A DNA stretch of 26,869 nucleotides, taken from Octopus sinensis (lineage: Eukaryota). This document shows positions 9,905 through 20,628 of this stretch, one piece after another (position 1 is the stretch's first letter; each line of letters begins with the position of its first letter). The DNA lies in NCBI RefSeq assembly GCF_006345805.1, contig NW_021836016.1, positions 1 to 26,869 of the forward strand. Reading direction: 5' to 3'. Below the pieces are notes generated by a model, which did not search any database, had not been told where the DNA came from, and was given only the letters and a program-made list of their open reading frames with translations. A program made the position numbers and the translations under genes.

Positions 9905-11085
9905 CGGTAATTGAGAAACTTCTAACAATTCTCCCAGCGGTAATTGAGAAACTTAGAAAAACCAGAAGACAACAGCATACCGAAATCACCATCCGAAAGC
10001 AGACACCAACAGAATATAACAACCCGTTTCAGAAGGAGGTTGTGGCCTACAGAGATAGAGAACCATTATAAAATAAAAACAGATGGATTATCAAAAACTT
10101 AGAAACAAAAAGTGAAAGATTACTACATGTAATAAAGCAACATGGCAAAAAGAAAACACTTTCTCTATACGCAAGGAAGCGACAAAATACAAAACAGAGA
10201 CAAAGTACATTGATACACTGATCTCGGATGACAATGTAGCAGAAACGGTGAAAGAGAAAAAAATCAACACGGCAACAAAACTACAAAACACACTGAAAAA
10301 GAAATGGAATGAAAAGTCACCCCTTGGCCAATACCCTGCAAGGTTTGGCGGAGAAGCAGTGAGCCTAACTTAAAGCCAACAGTGGCTCAAAGAAAGGACT
10401 GATTCTCGCTGCACAAGACCAAGGCCTGGCCACAAACTACTATAAAAGCAAAATAATGAATCAGGCCCTAATACCAAATTCAGAATGTGCAACCAGCACA
10501 ATGAGACAGTTTACCACATCAGTTCTGGTTCTCCAGTCCTTTTCAAATCTGAAGGCGCAGGCGTGGCTGTGTGGTAAGAGGCATGCTTCCCAACCACATG
10601 GTTCGAGGTTCAGCCTCATTGCGTGGCATCTTTGGTTGGCCTCGGGCCAACCAAAGCCTTTTGAGTGAATTTTTAGACGGAAACTTAAAGAAGCCTGTCG
10701 TATATATGTATATGTATATATTTGTATATTTGTGTCTGTGTTTGTGTCTGTTTGTCCCCACCATCATCGCTTGACAACCGATGTTGGTGTGTTTACGTCC
10801 CCGTAACTTAGTTGTTTGGTAAAAGACACCGATAGAATAAGCACAAAGCTTTGAAAGAATAAGTCCTGAGTTCGATTTTTTCGACTAAAAGGTGTACCAC
10901 CATTGCCACAGTCAAAATGACTGAAACAACAGTACACACAGACAGAACCTTTAAAGCCAATAAACCGGATATTGTTGTGAGAGACCAAAGCAATAAAGTT
11001 CGTTTAATGATCGACATAAGCATTCCTTGTGATCATAATATCTCGGCAAAAGGATTTGCCGAACTCAGTAAAAATATATATAGAC
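9905..11085 (+). mobile_element. R4/Dong-clade retrotransposon fragment interrupted by a SINE at 10554-10928
   Basis: KKKWNEKS..GQYP..SQQWLK..GLILAAQDQGLATNYY..RMCNQHNETVYHISSG (CCHC finger region). After the SINE it continues as VHTDRTFKANKPDIVVRD..LMIDISIPCDHNISAK (RLE motif). Confidence 0.85.
10554..10928 (+). mobile_element. tRNA-derived SINE, family A, with a short internal deletion
   Basis: GGCGCAGGCGTGGCTGTGTGGTAAG...GGTTCGAGGTTCAG...internal (TA)/(TG)...CAGTCAAAATGACTGAAACAA. Homologous to 23-443. Confidence 0.85.
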
Positions 11086-11109
11086 ACGATTGAGTAAGTA
11101 ATTGTATTC

Positions 11110-11572
11110 TCTGAACAATATGGCAACAGTACACCATAAAAACTAACAAGAAATGGTATAAAAATGTGTCAAACCCGGTACAGGAGACTCACCAGTCTAC
11201 AGCCATCTGGGATATACCTGTTCAGACTGACAAAGAAATAAAAGCTAATTCTCTAACATAATAATCAAAGATTGGTAGTGGGGAGATGGACGCTGCATAC
11301 TGATAGAAACTGTAGTCCCCTCTGGCCAAAATATTGCTCCCAAAATAGTGGAGAATTAGTCAAGGCACAAAGACCTCGAAAATAAAGTATTCAAAATATG
11401 GGGCATGAAGGTGAAAACAATACCACTATTGGAGCATTGGGTATGACAAAAAATATATATACGAACAAAAAAGTAGTAGCTATTCACGGAGCCTCAACAC
11501 TGCACACTATTCAAAAAATGTGGCATGCTAGGAACATGCCACATCCTACGCGAAATACTATCAATTCATTAG
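11110..11572 (+). mobile_element. Second R4/Dong-clade fragment: RLE domain through the ORF stop codon
   Basis: ..KKWYK..AIWDIPVQTDKEIKAN..RCILIE..VPSGQNIAPK..HKDLE..WGMKVKTIP..IGALGM..IQK..GTCHILREILSIH* (TAG at 11570-11572). Confidence 0.8.
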
Positions 11573-12050
11573 AAAATTACTATTTGTAAATCTCACGACA
11601 GATATTCAGCAACAGTACTTTGGAGAAAAGATTGTTTGCCAACATAACATGGCAGTCCTGGTTTAGGACGAATGTTGCCGTAATTTAGCAAACAATCTTT
11701 ACTCCAAAGTACTATTGCTGACTATCCCTCGTTGTGAGATTTACAAATAATATTTTTTTAATTTATAGATCACTTTGAAAACTATATATTTCGAACGAGA
11801 ATTTGGAAGCGCCACCTCTATCCGAACAGAACAATTATTCTGTGCTGATGAAAGGAAATAACCCGGAAATCGCGATACACAGATATTGTTTTGAGCTGAG
11901 TGGGAGTGCTAGATTCCCTTGTTCGAAAATATAAGGATACAGATCGTGTTGTATAGCCAGCTGGAGACGATGTCTCCTGATGCTAAATTACAGCAACATA
12001 CATCCTAAACCAGGACTGCCATGTTATGTTGGCAAACAATCTTTTATTCC
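11573..12050 (+). mobile_element. Hammerhead-containing 344-nt repeat unit (Penelope pseudo-LTR or non-LTR retrozyme-like) with an inverted 5' segment
   Basis: The unit starts at 11688 and restarts at 12032 (gcaaacaatcttt..tcc direct repeat, period 344). 11573-11690 is the reverse complement of 11981-12050 joined to 11688-11757. A hammerhead lies at 11831-11889. Confidence 0.75.
11831..11889 (+). ncRNA. Type I hammerhead ribozyme motif
   Basis: ACAAT-tat-TCTGTG-CTGATGA-AAGGAAATAACCCG-GAAA-TCGCGA-T-A-CACAGA-t-ATTGT. Core boxes are intact, helix I has 6 perfect bp plus 5 more beyond an internal loop, and helix III is palindromic (AUCGCGAU). Predicted cleavage is 3' of A11877. Helix II has only 2 good pairs in this copy. 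Confidence 0.75.
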
Positions 12051-12329
12051 ACTATCAATTCAATGATATAACCCAGAGAAAACAATTTACAAACACAAGA
12101 CGCACTCCAATACCTAACAAGAACAGAACTCGCAGTACACACACCACAACAAAACAAAACTAATACAGCAAAAGACTGAAATTAGACCCTGTAAGAAACA
12201 AACTGGCGCAATGCAATACCATGGATAGTTTGAACTCCCCCCAACAAAAAAGAAAATGCTGCACACACCCCAGAAACACTGAGGTGTAGGAGGTGATGCA
12301 GTACGAATTTGCCTGAAACCACCAAATGT

Positions 12330-12331
<2 letters not shown>
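12051..12331 (+). mobile_element. Probable highly decayed R4/Dong 3' end abutting (AAT)n
   Basis: gctgcacacaccccagaaacactgaggtgtag resembles the TAHILRKxL* terminus with indels. About 50 nt of putative 3' UTR and an (AAT)n tract follow. Support is weak. Confidence 0.35.
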
Positions 12332-12407
<76 letters not shown>

Positions 12408-12423
12408 TATAAATAATAATGAT
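12332..12423. repeat. (AAT)n microsatellite
   Basis: Read directly from the sequence. Confidence 0.95.
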
Positions 12424-13110
12424 GATGGGAGTGACAAATGAAAAGATCCATGGTGGAAAAGAAGAATACAAGCGGGGTTAGATACGCTCTCGAAGGACAG
12501 TTCTGTGTTAAACCGAAAAGAAAAGCGAACAAAAATACAGGGCACTGAACAGGAAGTATAATATTGAAAGGAAAGGCTTGAAAGTGGTAATGGAGGAACT
12601 GAAACAGTGCCTCGTTGCAAAGAAAGGAAAGATGGTAAGATACGATCAAAGAATGAAGGGTTACCAACAGAATAGGTTATTCAGAGTAGATCAGAAGAGA
12701 TTCTGCAAAGAAATAAATGGCGACTGTTGATTTCAGATAACATTGAAAATCAAAAAGGTTTTGGAGTGACATCTGGAGCAAAGACAAGAAACACAAGAAG
12801 GATGTTGAATGGCTGCAAGAACTGAAACAAACAGTAGTCTGTCCAAAACAGTCAGAAGTAGTAATTTAAATTAGGGAAGAGAAGGAAATCAGCAAAAAAA
12901 AACAAACAAAAAAACAGGCCACTGGAAGGCCCCAGGACCAGATGGAGTTCAAGGCTACTGGATCAAAAGATTTGGTGAATGTCATGCACAAATAGCTGCA
13001 CAACTCAACACGTTGTTAAATCCCGACCAAGTAACACCAATGTGGTTAACATTGGGTAGTTCCCTCGTAGTGAACAGCTGGCTCCAGCGAGAGGAGCTGT
13101 GCAAAGACAA
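12424..13110 (+). mobile_element. R4/Dong-clade fragment: pre-RT region fused to a Dong-type 3' terminus
   Basis: DPWWKRRIQ..KYNIERKGLKVVMEELKQ..RYDQR..QQNRLFRVDQKRF..FWSDIWS..EWLQELK..WKAPGPDGVQGYWIKRF..IAAQLN..PMWLTLG. From about 13057 the sequence matches the 3' UTR at 23830-23897. Confidence 0.85.
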
Positions 13111-13112
13111 TA

Positions 13113-13162
<50 letters not shown>
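13109..13162. repeat. (AAT)n microsatellite (retrotransposon tail or target)
   Basis: Read directly from the sequence. Confidence 0.95.
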
Positions 13163-13164
<2 letters not shown>

Positions 13165-13463
13165 GTAATAATAATTAGCAACAATTACTTGTATAATTTA
13201 GCGTTGTGTTCATTTCACATCTAAATTGGAACCGTTTAGACAAATCCAAACATTGTCGAATTTGCATAATGACAAATTATACAAACAATTTCAATAATAT
13301 CTTAATGTTATGGTCTGGTGTAACGGAGTATGGTGATGGTGTTCACAGCCCCGCTGAGACCGCTGAAATCGACGTGGTTGATGGTCCACATGAACAGTTA
13401 CACGGTGACGGCCATTACAATACATATATCCTATTTGACTTACTGTAATATGAATGTTTATAC

Positions 13464-13464
13464 A

Positions 13465-13527
<63 letters not shown>

Positions 13528-13596
13528 TGTGTGTGTGTGTGCGTATATATACTTATGTATATATACTTATATATATATATATACGTATATCTATGC

Positions 13597-13629
<33 letters not shown>

Positions 13630-13780
13630 TGTGTATGCATGTGTATGTGTTATACATGTATGTTTCCAGCTATGTATACATACATACATACATACATATT
13701 GTGTGCGTGCGTGCGCCCGTGTGCGTGTGAAAGAGGAATAGATATAGACGATCAAGAGATAGAGATTGATAGATACAAAG

Positions 13781-13839
<59 letters not shown>

Positions 13840-13846
13840 AGAGAGA
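13464..13846. repeat. Compound (TA)/(TG)/(GATA)/(GA) microsatellite
   Basis: Read directly from the sequence. Confidence 0.95.
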
Positions 13847-14438
13847 AAGGGTCTGTGTGTTTCTTATATTTTGGTAGTAACGATTCTCGCTTTATTGTAA
13901 TGAATACAGAATAAATTATCTTTCGGCTATATTTTTGTTTGCATATTTCAATGTAAAGTGATGATTACTTTTCTTTATTCTTTGTGGCAGATAAATAATA
14001 AGGTTTCTCCCAGTTCATATTGTAACTAATTTACTGCTAACATCCCCATTGATAATTTCTGACTAAATCATTGTTATTGAGTATATTTCAATTCCATTGA
14101 ATTTATTACATCTATTAGACACAATATTTCCAGTGGGATATACTTAAATCATTTTATTCAATATAGCTTTGAATTTTCTATCATTTGTCAGAGAGAATGA
14201 TGAGTTAACAAAAATAAAATAGAAAGAATATGAAGATAAATAGTAAACATTTTAATGGAATAAACAGTGAGTTGTCAGTTCTGGTTTTTTACACTCTCTA
14301 ACAATTCATATACAAGTATCGTACATACATAAATGCATTCACAAGTACATAGTCACTGAAGCACACATATTCATGCTGAAAAATCACATCAGCTTTTTAT
14401 ACACATGAACATACACATATCTGAAAGCCTGCAAATAA

Positions 14439-14445
14439 ATCTATC

Positions 14446-14532
<87 letters not shown>

Positions 14533-14577
14533 TTATCTACATATGTATGTGTGTATATATGTATATGTGCATGCATG

Positions 14578-14616
<39 letters not shown>

Positions 14617-14639
14617 ATATATATATATATATATATATA

Positions 14640-14673
<34 letters not shown>

Positions 14674-14684
14674 TATATATATAT

Positions 14685-14718
<34 letters not shown>

Positions 14719-14737
14719 ATATATATATATATATTAT

Positions 14738-14774
<37 letters not shown>

Positions 14775-14790
14775 GCATGTATGTATGTAT
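14439..14790. repeat. (TATC)n followed by a long (TA)n microsatellite
   Basis: Read directly from the sequence. Confidence 0.95.
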
Positions 14791-14857
14791 GTATTTATCT
14801 CTCTCCCTTTCTCTCTCAGTGTACACACACACACATATGCATATACATATATATATT

Positions 14858-15074
14858 CGAGGGGTTGCAGAAAAATTTCGGGCTTTAAGAGTGTCACGAA
14901 AGGCCTGGCTAGAGGTCCAACCTTCCGAGTTCTTTTACAGGGTTTAGAAAAACTGAAGGACCGCTGCAATAACTGTGTGAATCTGAGAGAGTAATATGCT
15001 GAGGCACATCATAATTAACTGATCCGCTTGTATTTTCTTTTACCCAAAGACAAGAACTTTTCTGCAAACCCTCG
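14858..15074 (+). mobile_element. mariner-derived MITE (217 bp) retaining the transposase C-terminus
   Basis: TIRs of about 21 bp: cgaggggttgcagaaaaattt and gaacttttctgcaaaccctcg. The interior reads [23 protein letters not shown], like the mariner terminal motif GIxKLxxRWxKCVxxxGxYVE. The flanks are tt and tg, each one change from TA. Confidence 0.8.
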
Positions 15075-15096
15075 TGTATATACATACATATGTATT

Positions 15097-15135
<39 letters not shown>

Positions 15136-15295
15136 TATAATAATAATAATAATAATATTAGAGAGTATAAGTCCAAACTTACAGGGAAAAATTCAGTTTA
15201 GTATTAAATCAAATTTCACACTATAACTATATAATATATAGATTAGAGAAAAAACCACTAAGCAATTCAAACATAATTTCTAAAAAATCCCGTTA

Positions 15296-15356
15296 TTACC
15301 ATATCGGACCCGATTTCAGAGTTAGTTCATAAGAACCTTCCCTCCATCAGTGATAA
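15296..15356 (-). ncRNA. Type I hammerhead-like motif with extended helix II (A9 mutated to G), inside an unclassified repeat of about 15161-15540
   Basis: Minus strand reads TTATCA-CTGATGG-AGGG-aagGTTCttatGAACtaa-CTCT-GAAA-TCGG-GT-CCGA-T-A-TGGTAA. Helix I has 6 bp (one G-U), helix II has 4 bp plus a distal 4-bp hairpin, and helix III has 5 bp and is near-palindromic. Confidence 0.65.
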
Positions 15357-15554
15357 ATGCGACAAAGAAATAAGTGAAATACTTACTTATACCCATAGAA
15401 GAAGCGAACACTAAGTCATGAGCACTATTAAGTACCCCAAATAAATTCAAAATAGAAACTCTCTAGCACACCTCGAGACACGTGCGATTCGAACCGAAAA
15501 ACTCTCGTAAAGTGAGAGAGTCCGGAAGTTTCTATTTTGCCTTTTCTTATAGAT

Positions 15555-15717
15555 TATATATATATATACGACAGGCTTCTTCCAGTTTTCGTTTACCAAA
15601 TCTCCTCACAATGCTTTGGTCGGCTGAGGCTATAGTAGAAGGTGCCACGTATAGGGTCTGAACCCGAAAGCATGTGGTTAGGAAGCGAGCTTCTTACTAC
15701 ACAGCCACGCATGCGCC
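15555..15717 (-). mobile_element. SINE family A, 5' half only
   Basis: Minus strand GGCGCATGCGTGGCTGTGTAGTAAG...GGGTTCAGACCC...AAGAAGCCTGTCGTATATA; it stops in the internal (TA)n. Confidence 0.8.
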
Positions 15718-16450
15718 CATAAAATTCTACATAAATATATATATAAAAGTTCACCAAAGAATTTAAATCAATGTCAGTATGAACGCTTTACGGTGAAGCT
15801 ATGTATGAAGAAACACCTATTTGGCCGGCTACACTTGTATTACTATACTTTGGTCATCGTTGGGGAGATCTATAAAATAATTTCGATAAGCAAGGGAGCT
15901 GCTACACGCAATTGCTCGACATCGGGAAGTAGCAGTCACCCGCTTTTTAAACTGCACTCCAGTGCCATCTTCCAAGAAGGTCACAGGCTGGATCTACGAG
16001 AAAATTGCGAGCGTCTGAGTTCACAGCAATAAATCTAAAGGAATGTTCATGGAACGTCACATAAATTTAATTGCCGTAGAGAGCAGAAAGTATAACGTGT
16101 TCGGTTTACACGTTTCATAAAGAGATAAAGGAATTGTTTGCTTTACAGGAATTTCACTTTTTGTATTGTCAGTATAGCAAATAAGAATTTTATAGAACAT
16201 TCACGAGCTGTAACCTACTAATTTATATTCAAAATCTTAGCTGTTGATGTTACAGATACAGTCTGTATTTTTACGCTTTTTTCTTATAATAAACACATGG
16301 CATTTCATATTAGATACTTGTGCAAAGGTCTATATGTTGCTTGTTAAATATCTACATTTTAAATAATCCTCCGAAATAGGAAATGAGGCAGAACTATTAC
16401 TTCTTACCAGAAACCATTTACATGTGTTAATTGAAACATTTGCAATGAAA

Positions 16451-16738
16451 GCAGTGAGCTGGCAGAATTGTCAGCAAGCCGGGAAAAATGCTTAGAGGCA
16501 TTTCGTCCGTCTTTACGTTCTGTGCTCAAATTCCGCTGGGGCCAAATTGCCTTTCATCCTTGCGGGGTCGATAAAATAAGTACCAGTTAAGCAGTGGCCT
16601 TGTGCTTTCGAAACGTGAAACCAATTTAACATTTGAAAGAAGGGTCGATAAAATAAGCATCAACTGAACTCTGGAGTCAATGTGACCGACTTAACCCCTC
16701 CTCCAAAATTGCTGGCCTTTTGCCAAAATTTGAAACCA
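16451..16738 (+). mobile_element. SINE family B with intact tRNA-like head and a partial internal duplication
   Basis: GCAGTGAGCTGGCAGAATTGTCAGC...ATGCTTAGAGGCATTTCGTCCGTCTTTACGTTCTGTGCTCAAATTCC. GGGTCGATAAAATAAG occurs twice (about 16565 and 16641), and the 3' end-like segment GGCCTT.TG..GAAACC also occurs twice. Confidence 0.8.
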
Positions 16739-16899
16739 TTTTAACACTTGAAGTGACAAAACATACTTGGTTAAATCAGAAACGTAGTTCCACAGCATGC
16801 AGCGTGGATTGAATCTATAAAATAAGCACTACTTCAGTCATGGGGTCGATAGTACGATTAAGCCCCTCCACTTAATACTGCTGGTCTTGGGGCTAAATA

Positions 16900-17135
16900 T
16901 CTTTTATATTTTACATGTTTCAGTCATTGGACTGCGGCCGTTTCTGGAACACTGCCTTGACAGGTTTAGTTGAACAAATCGGTCCAAGTATTTAATTTTA
17001 AGTTTCGTACTTATTCTACTTGTCCCTTTGCCGAACCGTTACGGGAGCGTAAACAAACGAGTACTGGTTAGCAATCGGCTGTGGGATATAACCACAACCA
17101 CTCTCTCTTTCTCTCTCTGTTTGTCTGTCTGTCTG

Positions 17136-17169
<34 letters not shown>

Positions 17170-17330
17170 TCACACACACACTATGTGATGGGATTTCACA
17201 TAGCTTCCGTCTACTAAATTTACTCGCAGGGTATGCGGTCCGCCAGGGGCTGTAGCAGAATACACTGGTCTCCAAAGTGCCGCTCTGTGGGACTGGACTC
17301 TAAATCATATGGTTGCGAAGCTTATGACTA
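16900..17330 (-). mobile_element. Old, diverged SINE family A copy
   Basis: Contains tgtttcagtcattggactgcggcc, tttgccgaaccg..acggg, an internal simple repeat and ttccgtctactaaat, in the same order as the other A copies. Confidence 0.7.
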
Positions 17331-17419
17331 ATATTGAATTTTCATTCTTGATGTTATGAAATGTGTCATGTGGCCAGAAATTTTGAGTTGGAGATATTGA
17401 CGATATATTGATGTCAAAT

Positions 17420-17637
17420 TTTGGCGCAAGGCCAGCAAATTCAGGAGAGAGAGAGAGAGTGAAAGAGAGAGAGAGAGAAAGAGAAAGAGAAGGTCAATTA
17501 CACTAACCTAGTGCTCAACTGGTACTCATTTTATGAACCCCCAAAGGTAAAGGTCGACCTCGGCGCAATTTGAACCCAGAGTGTAAAGACGGGCGAAACG
17601 CCGCTAAGCATTTTGCCCTGCGTAATCACGATTCTGC
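17420..17637 (-). mobile_element. SINE family B with a (GA)n expansion
   Basis: gtgctcaactggtactcatttt...aggtcgacctcggcgcaatttgaacccagagtgtaaagacgggcgaaacgccgctaagcattt matches family B. Confidence 0.75.
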
Positions 17638-17744
17638 TTACGATTTCGTTACTTAACTGCTACTCAAATTTATTTATCGTGGCGGAAATGGGAGTGAAAG
17701 TCTCGTTAGATTTGAACTTATGATAAGCAGACGTAACTAATTTT

Positions 17745-17950
17745 GTTTTTATAATTTTGGCAGGAGGGCAGTAATTTTGAAAGGATGGGGAAAACGGATT
17801 ACATCAATCCAAGTACTTCACTGGTGCTTATTCTATCGATCTATAAACGGTTAAAAGTTATAGTCAACCTTGGTGAGATTTGAACTCAGAACGTAAAGAA
17901 ATACTGTAAAGCATTTTTCCGATTTTTCTACAATTGTACCAGCTCTTCGC
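17745..17950 (-). mobile_element. Old, diverged SINE family B copy
   Basis: attacatcaatccaagtac..actggtgcttatt..gtcaaccttggtgagatttgaactcagaacgtaaag..aagcattttt matches family B at low identity. Confidence 0.6.
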
Positions 17951-19095
17951 CTTAGCCATAAGCTAAACTAAACAACTACTTTTACAAAACATGTTATCAG
18001 GTGCCCTGACGGTTTTAGTAATCCAGCGCCCGTGTTGAAGATAATGACGACGACGATAATGATAATAACGAGGATGAAAAAGTAGTTGGTGTTCTTGTTG
18101 CTGTAGTAGTAGTAGGGGTGTGATGGTGGTGATGGTAGTAGCAGGGGCAATATAAAATGAAAATAATATAGAATCCGTTATCTGATTTGATGGATTTGTG
18201 TGTTGAAAGAAACCGAATAGAAATTAAGAACCAGGATGTTATGTCACTGAAAGTGTTAATATGTTTGATTGCCAGACAGTTTAGACTGAACCTCTTTAAT
18301 ATTATAATTCATACACACACACACATATATATATGGACATACAAAGATACATATATATATGCATGTATATATGCCTATATGTATGTAAATTGAGAGAGGA
18401 GGAAAGGAAGAGAGAGAGCGCCTCTAACATGTCAGTATGATAGTTCTAATCTAAATGACATCATGGCGATTTATCTGATTAAAATTATACAAGTTTGCCG
18501 GCTGATCATAAATTTCTCTGCTAAATACTGTTTAATCTGCCACTGACATTCCATTGTCAATGCTAAGTAAGAACACGGTGCCAGTCTTGTACAGTTGGGA
18601 ATCCGAACAATCTTTGGAATTTGGCCAAGATCCATTAATCAATTATAAAGAAGAATAAATACAGAAGTAAAATGTCTATTTGTTAGCTGGAGTAAAGTTA
18701 ATTTAAATTCATTTTCTGGTCTAGGTGAGTATTAAAGCCTTGACGTGTCCATCGATAAGACAACATATGGTTTGGACTAAGGATAACAATCAATTTACAC
18801 ATACACATGTACGTACATAGGTTTATATGCACATATGAATACACACTTGCAGACATGCACACATATTTATACATGTATCTATATATCTCTATATGTACTT
18901 AAACATCTCTATATGTATTTAAACATCTCTTTCTCTATCACTTTGGTTTAGATTCTCATTTCTAGTAACTCATTTTCTTCTCTGCTATCAGCGTGTGTGC
19001 GTTCGCGTGTGCTTTCATTGCAAGGCAAATTTTCAAGATGAGGAAGGGGAAAAAATTTTTTAAGATGAGGAAGGGCAAAAAAATCTTTTTCCTTT

Positions 19096-19140
<45 letters not shown>

Positions 19141-19741
19141 AACTTACTTGGAGGAAACGAAACGAAACGACGCGAGGGCGCTCAGTCATACAATAGTGTA
19201 ATAAATAAAATATATGCATACATACATATATGTACGTACCTACATCTACATGTATATATACATGCATATATAAATATATATACGTGAGTACAGGACACCA
19301 CAAATAGACATAGAACTCAACGAGAAACGAAAACGTAAAAACAAACATGGAAACGGACCTTTTTTTAACAACACAAGGAAAATTCCTTCATCAGCTGTCC
19401 CTAGTACGACTCCATGCGTGTTTCATATATATATATATATCATTTATGCATATTTCTATGTTGACATGTGTTTCTTCTTATCTCATTTTCCGTGTGCCAA
19501 CAAATGTGGAAATATAAAAGTATGGTAGCGTGCGCGTTCGTACTCATACACACAGACACACAGACATACACATATAGTCAAATACAAATGTGAGCATACA
19601 TATATGCACAATGCACATACATATGAAGGTACATATATATAATATTCTTAGAACAAATTATCTGACGTTATAGTTACAGGCAGTGAATTAGTGTCGAAAT
19701 TCAAGAGCTCTGATTGGACATATGCATGCACGCACACTCGT

Positions 19742-19856
<115 letters not shown>

Positions 19857-20493
19857 GAATTAACTCCTACATATAAGTGTCAGAGAGATGTCCAGGTATA
19901 TAGAAAAGATAACACAGCAAATGTGCGGTGTTATCCATACTCGGTTGTAACTAAGTAAAACATTTGCAAATAAGAAATAGGAAAGCTTTATCGCCATAAA
20001 TATTGCTGGTTAGTTACTGACACAGAGATGCATAACCTTAAACATTAAACTGATCTGTTCTTTTGATAGACGATACACTGGGACAAATAGGTTGAAACTT
20101 CTCTCAGCATTCTTCTACTGTTCAGATGTATTAGTTTTAATGACATTGATGTAAACCAGTCCATGTGCGAAGTCGTTAATCAAGCTAAGATCAAAACTGA
20201 TCTAGTAAGGTTCGCTACGATAACAGTCCTAGTCTGTCTTTATGTAGAAGTCAGTCTGATATGTTCTTAAGATAAACGACTGTTGGTGACGAGGCCAAAC
20301 AGACAGACGTACATGCATGCAGACGTACATATAGACAGACAGACTAACAGAAAGATTAACTAAGTGGCTGACTGGTAGACACACAGATACAGACAAAATT
20401 TGCAAAGTCAACTTCCACTGTTCCTTGCTACACATTTATGCTGTTAGATTTTGTAGTAACATTTACAAGGCTATAGAAACACACATAGACACT

Positions 20494-20515
<22 letters not shown>

Positions 20516-20537
<22 letters not shown>

Positions 20538-20584
20538 ACACACACACAAATACACACACACACACATACACACGTACGCGCACG

Positions 20585-20628
<44 letters not shown>

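Noticed and set aside
9904-9954. 18-nt direct repeat gcggtaattgagaaactt at a 33-nt period
   Set aside because: A simple local slippage duplication at the edge of a decayed Dong fragment. Two copies only; not an array or CRISPR.
15795-16110. Scattered resemblance to serine palmitoyltransferase 2 (EETP..FGH..YT..PVP..YN)
   Set aside because: The motifs lie in different frames with inconsistent spacing and no splice signals, so this is most likely chance. A BLASTx search would settle it.
18687-18730. Possible 38-nt micro-exon (ttgttag|...WSKVNLNSFSGL...ag|gtgagt) with an LRR-like flavour
   Set aside because: Only the donor is strong. The acceptor is weak, no partner exons are visible, and such sites are expected by chance in 27 kb.
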